A stretch of DNA of 63,988 nucleotides, filler included, from Octopus bimaculoides (lineage: Eukaryota), in assembly GCF_001194135.2 (NCBI RefSeq). It is 5 parts of 5 records of this genome, joined end to end, with 100 filler letters (N's around TTAATTAATTAA, not from the genome) between each part and the next. Parts side by side here need not be neighbours in the genome. Positions count along the whole stretch, not along the records: positions 36,868 to 59,809 come from NC_068989.1; 4 more parts are not named here. One strand, given 5' to 3'. Shown piece after piece: positions 37,249 to 50,847 of this stretch (positions are counted from its first letter, which is position 1; each line of letters opens with the position of its first letter). The notes beneath the pieces were generated by a model. It saw nothing but the letters and a program-made list of their open reading frames with translations, was not told the origin of the DNA and did not search any database. The position numbers and the translations under genes were made by a program.

Positions 37249-39282
37249 TATAAGGTATTTCTAGATAAAATTACATTTACTGAATGTTAAGAGGAAACAA
37301 AGTCAGAGGCGGTCACTCTTGTTTAGATATGCCAAAAGTAGGATCACATTAATTCACCCTGGCTGTCGAATTCTTCCATGACTTTTTAATGATATTCTGT
37401 AATATCTCAACAGTGTTAGTTTACATGCGTAACGTAATCAATAAAGTCGCTAGACTGATTAACCTTACAATGTTCAAATTTAAGCGCTATTTATCCATTA
37501 CACAGTATTATCTTGTATCTATTCTGGTTCTCTGGAGAACAAAATGGAATAGATGTCGTCGCACAACTATCACAAACACATTTCACCTTTCTATTATGTC
37601 CGTTCTAATGTTTTCAATAACAGAAGTGTTGTATTCTTTCTGTTTTCACGTCACGTTTCTTCCCGTGGCCGCCAAGTCTGTTTCAAGAACTAATAACTGA
37701 AGATGTCATATACATTCAAAAATATAGCTAAGTTAATGCTAACTTATTTAATGTAGAGAATATAAAAAAAAAACGAGCTACACCAGATATTCTTTTCTAC
37801 TCTAGGCACAAGGTCCGAAATTTTTTTTTTTTTNNNNNNNNNNNNNNNNNNNNNNNNNNNNNNNNNNNNNNNNNNNNNNNNNNNNNNNNNNNNNNNNNNN
37901 NNNNNNNNNNNNNNNNNNNNNNNNNNNNNNNNNNNNNNNNNNNNNNNNNNNNNNNNNNNNNNNNNNNNNNNNNNNNNNNNNNNNNNNNNNNNNNNNNNNN
38001 NNNNNNNNNNNNNNNNNNNNNNNNNNNNNNNNNNNNNNNNACGAAATACTGCTAAGCATTTCGCCCGTCGTGCTAACGTTTCTGCCAGCTCGCCGCCTTA
38101 AGCTACACCAAACATTGATCACGCCATCTTTGATCTACAATATTTCATATTTCAGTCTTAGTGAATTCTTGCCTTTCTTAAATTGGTTCACATAAGGCCA
38201 GTCACTACCTTTTTTTTTTTTTTTATCATTTAGAAATAGAGATTCAAAAAGATTTGTTGACTGTTACTAAAACGACTGACCAGCATGCTACTAGTAGGTT
38301 TTGTTAAAATATTCGCCTTCATTTCGTAAAGCTTAACAATAAAATATTTACTGCAATGTTATTATCATTTCGAATATGCTTGGTGCACGTTCGAACTGAG
38401 GAACAAGCTATTCACCGCGTTTTGTCATGGAGAATATATCTTGCTTGTTGACAAAGGAAACATTTATTGATCTAACATTCCCTGACATGTACAGTTTATA
38501 GGGTTTTGAAAATTGGTCATTATAAGGCTCGTTCTTAAGCTACAACTCTAACGAATATAAATATGGCTGTTACTTATCCATCTGTCCGCCCATCCATCAA
38601 TTTACATACACGTCTATGTGTACATTCTTTTAATTCTTATAAGCCGGGGACATCACTAAGATTAAATTGTATATACGTACCAAGGGACATAACTCTACAA
38701 GTTATTGTAAAGTAATTTCCCTTCATAAACTTCTTTGACCTTAGTTTTTGCATATAATTTTGTAAATCCTTTTTGTGTACTGGTTTCAGGTGTTGGACTA
38801 TGGCCATGCTGAAGCACCACCTTTAGGGAAATTTTGTCAATTATCCTAGCCTGTTATTTCTCTAGTCTACATTTTGGCTTTATATTTTGCTGATTGACAA
38901 TGCTACATATTTCATGCTGGTCTTACTTTGTGTTGTGTTAAAAATTTGCACACACACGCACGACATACGTACATGTCTATGTAATATATGTATATATTCC
39001 TTACTGGTGACGGAAGCTGCATTTGTGCCGAAAAGCAATCCGTATACGTTACTTAACGTGGGTATACTAATTCGTCAAGAGAAAGCTTCTTGTAATAACG
39101 ATTAGTGCTAAAAAGCACAGAAGTGTTAGTAATAGACAAAAATGTCCAACAACGACGGTAAAATAGCCAGATCACACGATTTCTGCGTACTCACGCTTCA
39201 TCGGTAGCTCGTTTATACTATCACTGCATACTTTGACAAAATGTCCCTGCATTGATATGTAGAAAATTAGTGAGTAGTGTTG

Positions 39283-39341
<59 letters not shown>

Positions 39342-39966
39342 TGTTCTACTTATCAAAAACCAGTTGCTATAATTCAACAGTATTAGCAAACTAAAAAATA
39401 TTTATTAGCAACAGAGACAGTAATAATAATAATAATATTACCGCTAATAATAATATTACTGCTAATAATTAGTATCACTAATAAACACTTTTTAACAAAC
39501 TTACACTAGCTAATCATGACACTAGCGCCTGTTCTGGCATTGTTATTCTTATATATCGCTGACAGGGAAATGAGTCGCTGCTATCTCTAGCAGTCAATCA
39601 TCCATCATTAACAAGACCAAGGAAGGTCGAAATTATGTGATCTGATGCTCTCGGCGCTGACGGTAGTAGGGATTTATCTCCCTGCTAATGATATAAACAA
39701 GAGTGTATTTTGCACCAAAAGCCAATATGAGAGTTTCGTTCATGGTAACTACCACAATAGTTTGCTCCAACAGAACATCCATGTTTAAGTGAACATAAAT
39801 ATTACCTCTCGGTATTACAAACATCAGGCAGCGAGATGTGAAATGTCTGACGTTCTCAGGCCTGGACTCATTTGTTGAAGCAGCAGGTCAGTAGAGAGTG
39901 TAATACAAATTTATAGATGAATTACAAAAGCATTTCTTTAAAGTGTAACGTAATCACCTTCATTGT

Positions 39967-40344
39967 GGAGGCGCAATAGCCCAGTGGTTAGGGCAGTGGA
40001 CTCACGGTCATAGGATCGTGGTTTCGATTCCCAGACCGGGCATTGTGAGTGTTTATTGAACGAAAACACCTAAAGCTCCACAAGGCTCCGGCAGGGGATG
40101 GTGGCGAACCCTGCTGTACTCTTTCGCCACAACTTTCTCTCAGTCTTACTTCCTGTTTCTGTTGTGCCTGTAATTCAAAGGGCCAGCCTTGTCACACAGT
40201 GTCATGCTGAATATCCCCGAGAACTACGTTAAGGGTACACGTGTCTGTGGAGTGCTCAGCCACTTGCATGTTAATTTCACAAGCAGGCTGTTCCGTTGAT
40301 TGGATCAACTGGAACCCTCGATGTCGTAAGCGATGGAGTGCCAA
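39967..40344 (+). mobile_element. tRNA-headed SINE family S2, full length
   Basis: Box A TAGCCCAGTGGTTAGGGC, box B GGTTTCGATTCCC, (CA)n tail; second copy at 54640-54991. Confidence 0.9.
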
Positions 40345-41229
40345 CACACACACACACACAATCACCTTCATTAGCTTTAAGGAACTGTCCACCTACAGAT
40401 GAGTTCCACAGCAACATTTTACAACTTTTCTACACTTGTGTATGTTCTTGATCTTTCACTAGATTCTAGCTTATCACTAATGTTACTGCTGTCACAGTTC
40501 TTCTTCTGTAGTTGGTGTTTAGTAGATGAAGGATTTTGATACTAGTGCCTTCAATTGCTTTCCTTCTTGTGGCGTTGGAACCTCTATTAAATCCAATGTC
40601 ACAGCAGAATAAAATCTGTGTCATTATTAAAATATGGGTCAGACGTTATGTTATCAGCAAGCACAAAATATGACGGATGATAAAGCAAGATCCAACATAA
40701 TTTCATTATATTCTTGTCTTGTTCAGGAAATTCCATCAAAAATCATATTGGAAGCACTAGTCCATGCAGACATCTAAAATACCCATGTTCCTTGAATACA
40801 TTTACATCTACTCCACGTTGATTTCTTAAATTTTGAGGCAAAATATTGAAAAGTTAAAGGTTTTTGAACCATAAACTGCTTCAATATTTGATCCTAACTT
40901 TTTTTGTGTGTGGAGGGGTGCAAATGGGAACTTTGGCACTATGCTTCCTCATTAAAAGTTCATTGATTGTTATAGTTCTTAATACCAATGTTTAGGACTT
41001 GCCCTTCAAGCTATCTTCCATATATAATTATTGCATAAATTTCCTGTCTTCACAGCAAGGAGTTGACTCTTGGCTCTTTCAACCACTCTCAGTAGCTCAT
41101 CTGTTGCCTTGCATAACAAAATACCATGTCCCGGATCGTTGTGCTTTGAGTCACTGCATGTCGAAATTTGTAAGAAACTTTTTTAATGTAGCATATAGAT
41201 GTAATTTGTGACGCTGAATCTGAATTTGT

Positions 41230-42140
41230 TATTCATTTATTCCAGAAATTGAGGAAGTATCTGAGAAGAGATGGTATGAAACCAGATGGTCCAAGAACAA
41301 GATGCCATTAGATTGCAGTAAAAAAGACAGCAACAGTAGTCTGTTCATTCATTGATCCAGAGGCAAGAGAGTGTTTGTGAGTGATTTCATGCAAAGAAGT
41401 CCTGTATCCTTCATCTAGATGTGATGTAGGATATCAGAGAGTCTAGTAGTTGTGCCCTTCCATGTATAAGAACAGTACTCAGTTCTGGATCCCATCTGAG
41501 TTTCGTAGAGTTCGTATTTGTTGGCTCTGAAGAGGGTATCTCTTTGAGAAAGACTGTTTGCTATGCTAAGGTGATGCATTTGCCAGGAGTGATTCTCAAT
41601 GACAGTGAGGATTCTAGTTGATACAACTCATCTTCATCATGAGGTGGCATTCAATAAAGTTTTCTTGATATTTGTATTGAGTCTTCTGTTGAAGGAGATG
41701 AATCTAGCATGATCTCCATTATATTTGATGCTTTTATTCATGAAATCAGTACAGGTTTGGTGAGAGGTTTTCAGGTTGCATTTGGATGACAGTCGTGTGT
41801 GAATAACTGGGGAGGACTGGAGGTGGTACTATCTGTACTGGAGTGAACATTGTTGGAGGTGACAGCAAATAGGTCATTGATGTATAGAAGGAAGTGTGTG
41901 GGAGGACAAAACGGCACCCTAGGAAACAACAAAGTTGATAGCATGTAAATCAGACAGAGCAGCATCAATAGACATTGCAATAACAGGATCTGACAGAAGA
42001 CCACTGATTAAAGAGATGAGTGGGGTATTGACAGAAGACCCACATACTAGTAATCCATCAAAAGCTTTGTTGTCAAGGGCAACAACATTGCTTTCACCAA
42101 ACTTTCTTAAAGTACTATTCAGGATGCACTCCCCACAAGC
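41230..42140 (-). pseudogene. CR1/Zenon-like LINE, RT and C-terminal part
   Basis: RKFGESNVVALD.KAFD, PTHFLLYINDL, EYCSYTW; frameshifted. Confidence 0.75.
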
Positions 42141-43060
42141 TTCACTCCAAAAGGTGGTATCCATACATAGACTCTACAATTCCTATCTCATACTGCCTCG
42201 CCTGAGTCTCAGCAATGACTCCCAGTTACCCTGATTCAAAGTCTTCTTCCTTCATTCCCCTAAATATATCTGCTTCCTATTTTGCTCTATGAAATTCTCA
42301 AATCATTAGCATTCTTTTGGCCATATCTCCTCCTGCATTGAGAACTTATACCCTGCTTCTCCCTTCCCTGAAGCCAATGTCTTCAATGACTTCAGCACTC
42401 ACATCTACTTATGACTCTCATACTCATCCCTCACTGATGCTGCTGATGCAGAAACCAAATCTGCTATTTTCTGCTCTTTGTATCACCTGGTTTTGTCCCC
42501 TTTCTGACATTTCAGACTGACACACAGACACCTGTAAACCTAATCTCAACACCTAAAGGTTATCTTACTACTACCTCATTGTAACATATTAACACATAAT
42601 CACATACTACACAGCCCTCTCTTCCCTTCCACTGAACCCTATGACCCTTCAAGTTAGCCAACTCACTGAAGTTCTACCAATTTTATACCACTTATCCCTG
42701 GTAGCACATGTGCTCCACTCCTAATCTATCAGAAACAGCCAAGTAGGTGAGTGAAACCACTTTTCTAGGCATGTCACTCCATATGCTACACACAACAAAA
42801 GCATAATGTCCCAAGTTCTCCAAATAGTTTATTCATAGCTGCACTGCAGCTGTTTGGGCAAAAAAAACAAAAAACATGACTTCTGTTCCTTGGAACTGGC
42901 TGGTCTTATATCTCCACCACTCAGGAACTCCAAATCTATTCATTTCTCTACTTCTCATGACCCTTGTTGCATCCACCCCTAACCCCACAATAACTATTAT
43001 ACTCAGTTTCCTTCTTCCTTAGAATAATCACCCTCTGCAATCTTCCTTCCCATGTCTTCC
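42141..43060 (+). pseudogene. CR1/Zenon-like LINE, APE endonuclease and linker part in opposite orientation
   Basis: SKGG, KYICFL, HISSCIENL..PEANVFNDFSTH resemble KGGV, YRSP-region and GDFN motifs; heavily decayed. Confidence 0.5.
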
Positions 43061-44043
43061 TTGCAGGGGTTGAGCTGCAATAGTTTAAATGGAACATTAA
43101 AAACATCTCTCACTAACTAGTCTCTGAGAGATTGCAAATGCCATAGTGACTGAACTTTCTTCCAAACAGGGCTGCTTCCACTGCACAATAAGCCCCCAAA
43201 CAAAGTAATGCTCCGAGCAACCCTTATAAACACAACTACAGTATACATAGATTTGCATTGGGTTCCTAGATCCTGTGGAGCTCCCAGCCCAGTGCACCCA
43301 TGCTTTAAAATGGCACTGCCTGTAAATTGAACAAGTAAAAAATAAAAGTAGAAAATCGTTACCAGTCTTGGAAAAATTCCAAGATTAAAAAATTAGTGAC
43401 AGAGAAAACAAAAGTACAGATTTTTAAGAAGATTCAATAAATTTTGAAATAGACTCAATTGAAATCGGTGACCTTTATAACCCAGTTCTCAAAGAGTCAG
43501 AAATTTTAATAACAATTGAAAGAAAACTAAATAAATAAATGACAAAAACTTTTTTCTTTATTTTTATATGCTAAGTTATCAAGATTAAAATTCTAATATG
43601 CTACTCTGCAAAATTAAAGATAAAAAAATCTGATTCTTTTGTGATATTATCTGCAGCCCTAAGGTCTACTTGAACCGACATGTTGGCACCAAGAATAGAA
43701 TTATCAACGAAAAGTTCAAACATGTAAATGACATCTGTGAACTTTTTCTTGAGATTTCTCTAAGCTCACTTTTTAGATATTTACTTTGATAGTTTTGTCA
43801 AAATTATAACAATAACAAGTCCCTTGAAACCAATCAGTTTAATTTACAAAAACACTGCAATTTATAAAGAATTAGATTCTGGAGTTCCAGAACCAGTGAG
43901 TATTCTTAAAGAACGCACACATGCATACACGCATGCATGCACAGAGATGTATGCATATGTATATGTAAATATACATATATATACACACACACACACATGT
44001 GAAACCAAGACTCGTCAAACCAAGTGAAATTGACATTGTGACT

Positions 44044-44258
44044 GATGCCAGTGTCACGTAACTGGCACCTGTGCCAGTGACATGTAAAAAGCACCCATTA
44101 CACTCTTGGAATGGTTGGCATTAGGAAGGGCATTCAACTGTAGGAATCATGCGAAATCAAACTGGAACTAAGTGTGACTCTCCAGCTTACCTGTTTCAGT
44201 CAAACCGTCTAACCCATGCCAGCATGGGAAGCTGATGCAATAATGATGATAATGATAA
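44044..44258 (+). mobile_element. RTE-tail-like repeat R (GGAAGGGCATCCAGCTGTAG...CCATGCCAGCATGG...(GAT)n)
   Basis: Shared with five other copies in the window. Confidence 0.75.
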
Positions 44259-44279
44259 TATATGCATATAGTCATCATC

Positions 44280-44324
<45 letters not shown>

Positions 44325-45014
44325 NNNNNNNNNNNNNNNNNNNNNNNNNNNNNNNNNNNNNNNNNNNNNNNNNNNNNNNNNNNNNNNNNNNNNNNNNNNN
44401 NNNNNNNNNNNNNNNNNNNNNNNNNNNNNNNNNNNNNNNNNNNNNNNNNNNNNNNNNNNNNNNNNNNNNNNNNNNNNNNNNNNNNNNNNNNNNNNNNNNN
44501 NNNNNNNNNNNNNNNNNNNNNNNNNNNNNNNNNNNNNNNNNNNNNNNNNNNNNNNNNNNNNNNNNNNNNNNNNTGAATGAGAAAGGAAGGGGTGATAGAT
44601 GAATAAGGAAGGAAGGGGTGATGTCATACTTGGTAGTGGGATGATGAAAATTGTATGCTGAAAAAATAAATCAAACAGCGTTTCAACTCTGTGTGAATAC
44701 ATGTATGTATGTAAAAGGAGGAGTATGTGAATGTGTGTGCGTGTGTGCGTGTGTGTGTGTGTGTGTGTTCGCACGCACAATGGAAGTGGGATGGTTCATC
44801 TTTGTTTGCTTAGTATTTGGGTTTATTTTTTGATTTGGTTGAATCCTGGTTGTTCTTTTTTTTTTGTTAGTCAGTTATTTTTAGTGTTTTCACAGAAAAA
44901 AGTCATTTTAAAATTGTTTTTTTAATGTAAACATGCCCAAACAAGTCAAATGCTTACACAGAGCAGAATCCAGATTGGATTCCAAAAGTAGCAGGAATGC
45001 AGGAATGCTAACTA

Positions 45015-45102
45015 ATTCAAAGGAGGTGATGTTAAAACTTAGGTAAATAAGTTATTTTTTTATTAAACATAATTAGTCTAGGAACTTTTTGATAGGACCT
45101 CG
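45015..45102 (+). mobile_element. Right end of an irritans-like mariner
   Basis: Homologous to 16370-16447, ending CTTTTTGATAGGACCTCGT. Confidence 0.75.
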
Positions 45103-45325
45103 TTTGTGTGTCTTTATGTTTGAGTTTGTCCCCCAACATCACTAGAAAACCAATGTTAGTTTGTTTACATCCCTGTAACTTTGGCAATAAGAGGCTAATA
45201 GAGTAAGTACCAGGCTTTAAACCAAAAACACTGGGATTGATTTGTTTGACTAAACCTTTCAAGGTGGTACCACTGCATGGCTGGAGTCCAAAGACTGAAA
45301 CAAGTAAGAGATAAAAGACAAAGGT
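45103..45325 (+). mobile_element. SINE S1 3' half
   Basis: TTGTCCCCCAACATC...GGTGGTACCACTGCATGGCTGGAGTCCAAAGACTGAAACAAGTAAGAG. Confidence 0.75.
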
Positions 45326-45326
45326 G

Positions 45327-45357
<31 letters not shown>

Positions 45358-45386
45358 NNNNNNNNNNTGTGTGTGTGTGTGTGTGG

Positions 45387-45417
<31 letters not shown>

Positions 45418-45843
45418 ATACTATATGAATATACATCTACAGCAGGCATGTGCCATCAGTAATTACTCAAGGTAGGCAGTTGGTGACCTTTATGTAGGAA
45501 AACAAAAAAATAAGCAAAACAAAGGCATGTGACTGAGTTGAAGGCAGATTTACTTATGCCTTTATAGCACGTAAAGAAAACGGTGTTGTAGGAATGTACG
45601 CGGCACGTGTGTACTGCAGCAGTGCTATGCATAGCTTAAATACTGAGATTGAAAGGCAGGGGTGAATTATGCCTTCCTAATCTGCAAAAAAAGTAAAATA
45701 TTTTACATTTTATGCATAGTAATCAGAATAACTTCATAATTTTATTGAATTAGGTACATAAAAGGAAAATGTTGCGATTGATCTATTTCATTCATGGTAG
45801 GGACTGCTTACTTTGCCTACCTAGGCAGCATGTCCCTCATATA

Positions 45844-47138
45844 CAGGGTGCGCTGGGTAAATTGTTGCCATTTTATATCTTTAATTTTGTGCATGCACAT
45901 TGTTTGTTTTTGGTTTTGTTGACTACACAGTATAGTAGGATCAGTTGGGCACCATCTGTGAGAAAAACAGCACCATGATGTAATTCACTCTGCCAGAAAT
46001 TTGGAAACAACATGCTGTACTGCTTGGCATTCACACCAGAAGCTCCAATATGAACATTTCAGAGTGTTTGGGTGTCAATATGAGGACTGTGCAGAGGATT
46101 CAGAAAGAATTGGATGAGTCTAATGGTGATTATGAAGGTACAGCAGATCAGAAAACTCACTCTGATTGTTCTGATAAGAAAAGAACTCCTAAATTTGTTG
46201 ATGCGATCAAGGTCATGATTGACAATGTTCCTTCCAAGACAATCAGGTCCATATCCAGGGACATCGGAGTGTCTGAGTTTCTTATCAGGCATATAGTGCA
46301 TGAAGATATTCAGTATTCCTCATACATGCTGAGAAAAGGCCAAATTTTATACCATACCATCAAGGACAAGAGGAAAGGCTGCACTACAAAGCTTTTGAAC
46401 AAACTCAAGCATCCCCTCCAACCAAACATTCTTTGGTTTTTCACAGATGAGAAAAATTTCTGCCAGGATCAAATGGTGAACACACAGAACAACCATTGGC
46501 TTGCAGTGACCCCAAGAGTGATAAAAATCAAACATCCAGTCAACATCATAGTGTTGTTTGCAGTGATCACTAGTGATGGTGACGTTGTGCCTCCATTCCT
46601 CTTCCCACAGAGTCTCTGACTCAACACAGAGGCCTACATCAAGTGCCTGGAGGAGGTAGTGCTGCCCTGTATCAAGGGGTTGGCTGCTAGAAGATCCAAT
46701 GTCTAGCAATAGGACTCTGCACCATGCCACACAAGCAGGAGAACCCAGTCATGACTGTCAGACAATTTCTGCAACTACATCACCCCTAAAATCTGACCAC
46801 CTAACTCTCCAGACTGCAGCCCCCTTCATTATTATGTGTGGAGCACAGTTGAGTGAGAGACCAACAAAACTCTTTGTAACACCAAAGGTGGATTGAAGGC
46901 AAGGATTATGGCAGCATTCACCAACTTAAATAAGGAGACCGTCCAGAAGTGTTGCAAGAGATTCCAAAGTTGTCAAGAGGCCGTGGTTGAAACCAATCAT
47001 GATTTTATTGAATAAATTTGCCCTTTAGTATTTCAAGATATTTTTATCTAATTTTGGTAAATATATCTGTTAGAATGAGATGTCAGTGTTAGTTTCATTT
47101 TTGCATAATTTAGATGACAATTTATTCACCGCACCCCA
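45844..47138 (+). mobile_element. maT/DD37D transposon copy B, near full length (1295 bp), inactivated
   Basis: TA flanks, TIRs, LWFFTDEKNF, QDSAPCH, W.PNSPD motifs; several stops. Confidence 0.9.
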
Positions 47139-47173
47139 TATATATGTATATAATATTACATAAATATATATAT

Positions 47174-47501
47174 CGTTGCCAGTGCCGGTGGACTGGCTCC
47201 TGTGCAGGTGGCACGTAAAATACACCATTTCAAGCGTGGCCGTTGCCAGTACCCGCCTGACTGGCCCTCGTGCCGGTGGCACGTAAAAGCACCCACTACA
47301 CTCTCTGAGTGGTTGGCATTAGGAAGGGCATNNNNNNNNNNCCACTACACTCTCTGAGTGGTTGGCATTAGGAAGGGCATCCAGCTGTAGAAACTCTGCC
47401 AAATCAGATTGGAGCCTGGTGTCGCCTCCTGGTCCACCAGTCCTCAGTCAAATCGTCCAACCCATGCTAGCATGGAAAGTGGACGTTAAATGACGATGAT
47501 G
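47174..47501 (+). mobile_element. RTE-tail-like repeat R
   Basis: GGTGGCACGTAAAA units followed by the shared tail. Confidence 0.8.
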
Positions 47502-47599
47502 CATGTGTATGATATTATGTGTGTATAACATTATATAGACATATATACACACATTCTCTCACACATGTGTGTGTGTGTGCATGGTGTGCATGAGTGTGT

Positions 47600-47636
<37 letters not shown>

Positions 47637-48106
47637 AAATCTTAAACACAAAATCTTATCTCATGTTTTGGGGATTTTAGAGAGAATCCTTTAATGTCTT
47701 TTAATTAATCCTCAGCAATGATTAATTATTTGACTCTTGGGTTTGGAGATTCAAACACGATTATGGAATGTCATGTAAATAAGAGTGGTTGTTGTTGTTT
47801 GCACTAGATAAAGGTGGAGGTAACAGAGAAAGTGAGTGAAGTGGTTTGAACTAGGGAAATGAATCAATCATAGTAATGTCTTTTAGAGATATGAAATTTC
47901 AGATTATTAAAAAAAAATAGGACTAAATAGGACACAACACAGACAACGACAATAGCAGCAACATAGATAATGATGACGATGACAACAATAACTATATTGA
48001 TGATTTCTTTAAGAGCAGAAGTTTGGCATAAGAGAAATCTGGGTTAATATTTGTGCTTTTTCCATGTATATTTGTTTGTTTGTCTTCTTCCTTGTAATTA
48101 ATATAT

Positions 48107-48770
48107 CCATTGGTATGGTAGTGCAGTAAGAAGCTTGCTTCCCAACCATGTGGTTCCAGGTTCAGTCCCACTGCATGGTACCTTCTACTATAGCCTCAGG
48201 CTGACCAAAACCATGAGAGTGGATTTGGTAGATGGAAATTGAAAGAAGCCCGTCGTATATACATATGTATATATGCATATGTGTATATATATATATATAT
48301 ATATATNNNNNNNNNNNNNNNNNNNNNNNNNNNNNNNNNNNNNNNNNNNNNNNNNNNNNNNNNNNNNNNNNNNNNNNNNNNNNNNNNNNNNNNNNNNNNN
48401 NNNNNNNNNNNNNNNNNNNNNNNNNNNNNNNNNNNNNNNNNNNNNNNNNNNNNNNNNNNNNNNNNNNNNNNNNNNNNNNNNNNNNNNNNNNNNNNNNNNN
48501 NNNNNNNNNNNNNNNNNNNNNNNNNNNNNNNNNNNNNNNNNNNNNNNNNNNNNNNNNNNNNNNNNNNNNNNNNNNNNNNNNNNNNNNNNNNNNTGATTTA
48601 GTGGTTCAGCAAAAGAGACCAATAGAATAAGTACTAATTCAAATTCCACCAAGACTGACTTTGCCTTTCATCCTTTCAAGGTCGATAAATTATGTACCAG
48701 TTGAATACTGGAATCAATGTAACCAGCCCCCACTCCTGAGACTGCTGGCTTTGTGCCAAAATTTGAAACC
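48107..48770 (+). mobile_element. SINE S1 with a gapped (TA)n core, fused to an S3 3' part (48648-48770)
   Basis: Head GGTTCCAGGTTCAGTCCCACTGC; after the gap GCAAAAGAGACCAATAGAATAAGTAC, then TTTGCCTTTCATCCTTTCAAGGTCGATAAATT. Confidence 0.8.
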
Positions 48771-48789
48771 ATACAACACAGACATTTAA

Positions 48790-49890
48790 ATTGACAGGGT
48801 TCTTCTAAGGATGTGGGCAGTACTTGTCAGCACAATCTTTTGGATTTCTCTGAGACATGATTCTCCTTGGATATTATCCAGATGTTTCTGATATCCCTTT
48901 TTTATCATACCTAGAGCACCCACAATAAGATGCCACATCTTTTATATTTCAATTTCCAGGTCTTTATATTTACTTAATTTGTCAAATTCCTTTACAGCTA
49001 TATTTTTATCAGTGGGAACTTTTATATCTATTAGTCTACAAGTATTTTTTCCCAGTCTTTAATGACTATGTTTGGTCGATTAGCCTGGAAAGTTCTGTCA
49101 GTGTTGACTGGAAAAGCCCAAAGGATAGAGACATTTTTACCTTCAACGACTGGTTCAGGATGATGTTCATACCAGTAAGCAGAGTGCTGATTTTGTAGTA
49201 TTTACATATTTTTCAATGTAAATACTGTCCTACCCTATCATGGCGATTTTTGTATTTGTTTGGTGTCAGCACAGGACATCCTGAGATGAGATGGTCTATT
49301 GTTTTGTCAAATGTAGAATCTGCATTTAGGGTCAGGACCGTTTTGAAGAACATTAGCCTGGTAGTTTTTGATAAGCAAGCTTTGATCTTGTGCCACCAAT
49401 ATGAAACCTTCAGTCTCTGCTTTCAGTCCTGAACTTCTCAGCCACTGATGGGTTGTTGTTTGATTCTATATCAGCATTTCAGCTTCAAAGTATATACTGC
49501 CCATGCAGAGGCTTCTGGCTCCACCGCTCCCCAATTTGTTTCTGCCCATTCATTTTCGCAGTCTGCTTGATCCATTTTGCTTGTTTTGTGGCAGTGGTTT
49601 CAGGTTCTTCATCTTATTCAGGGTTAATGCAAGTTCCCTTGTGCATTTGCAAGCTTCCTTGACAATAGAATGTGATTTTTTTTCAATTTCCATGTATGCA
49701 CACAATCCGCAGCATTCAGTCCTCTATACTAGATACGTACTTGTTCATTGCTATTGTGGAGGTTTTATAACACAGTTCTACCTGCATCATTCTTCTTCCC
49801 CCATTACTTCTAGGTAGGTAGAGACGATCAACGTCTGCTTTTGGATAGTGCATGTTCTTAGATGTTAGTAGTTTTCTTCTCTTCCTATTA
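48790..49890 (-). mobile_element. R4/Dong-like fragment D4, decayed
   Basis: MHYPKADVDRLYLPRSNGGRR through IVLTSTAHILRRTLS. Confidence 0.8.
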
Positions 49891-49903
49891 TAATAATTAT
49901 TAT

Positions 49904-50139
49904 ACTCTTTTTACTCTTTTACTCTTTACTTGTTTCAGTCATTTGACTGTGGCCATGCTGAAGCACCGCCCTTAGTCGAGAAAATCGACCCCAGGACTTA
50001 TTTTTTGTAAGCCTACTACTTATTCTATCGGTCTCTTTTTGCCGAAATGCTAAGTTACGGGGATGTAAACACACCAGCATCGGTTGTCAAGCGATGGTGG
50101 GGAGACAAACAGACACACAAACACACACACACACACACA

Positions 50140-50179
<40 letters not shown>

Positions 50180-50246
50180 NNNNNNNNNNNNNNNNNNNNN
50201 NNNNNNNNNNNNNNNNNNNNNNNNNNNNNNNNNNNNNNNNNNNNNN

Positions 50247-50288
<42 letters not shown>

Positions 50289-50453
50289 CACAACGGGCTT
50301 CTTTCAGTTTCCGTCTACCAAATCCACTCACAAGGCTTTGGTTGGCTCGAGGCTATAGTAGAAGACACTTGCCCAAGGTGCCACGCAGTGGGACTGAACC
50401 CGGAACCATGCGGTTGGTAAGCAGGCTACTTACCACACAGCCACTCCTGTGCC
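49904..50453 (-). mobile_element. SINE S1, full-length young copy with internal (TA)n/(TG)n
   Basis: Box A TGGCTGTGTGGT, box B GGTTCAGTCCC, central microsatellite, AAAAGAGT-repeat tail. Confidence 0.92.
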
Positions 50454-50520
50454 TATATTATTGTTATTTTTATTATTATTATTATTATTATTATAATAAT
50501 TATTATTATTATTATTCACG

Positions 50521-50847
50521 CGAAAAGTACCATCCAAATGTAGTCGATGCCAGTCCACCACGCCCACCCCAACTGGCTCCTGTGCTGGTGGCACGTAAAA
50601 GGCACCATCTGAACATGGTTGAAGCCAGTGCCGCCTGACTGGCTCTTGTGCTGGTGACACATAAAATGCACCCACTACACTCTCGGAGTGGTTGGCATGA
50701 GGAAGGGCATCCAGCAGTAGAAGCCTTGCTAGATCAGATTGGAGCCTGGCACAGCCTACTGGCTTGCCAGTCCCCCAGTCAAACCGTCCAACCCATGCCA
50801 GCATGGAAAACAGATGTTAAACGATGATGATGATGGTGATGATGATT
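50521..50847 (+). mobile_element. RTE-tail-like repeat R
   Basis: Shared blocks and (GAT)n tail. Confidence 0.8.

Noticed and set aside
38423-38444. TGTCATGGAG, matching the 5' end of miR-281 as I recall it
   Set aside because: The 3' half differs and no proper precursor hairpin forms.
39860-39886. 27-nt micro-exon candidate (AG|...CAG|GTCAGT); similar ones near 34785 and 35160
   Set aside because: Weak acceptors and no consistent frame chain; expected by chance.
47293-47380. 39-bp direct duplication around a 10-N gap
   Set aside because: Typical unmerged contig overlap.
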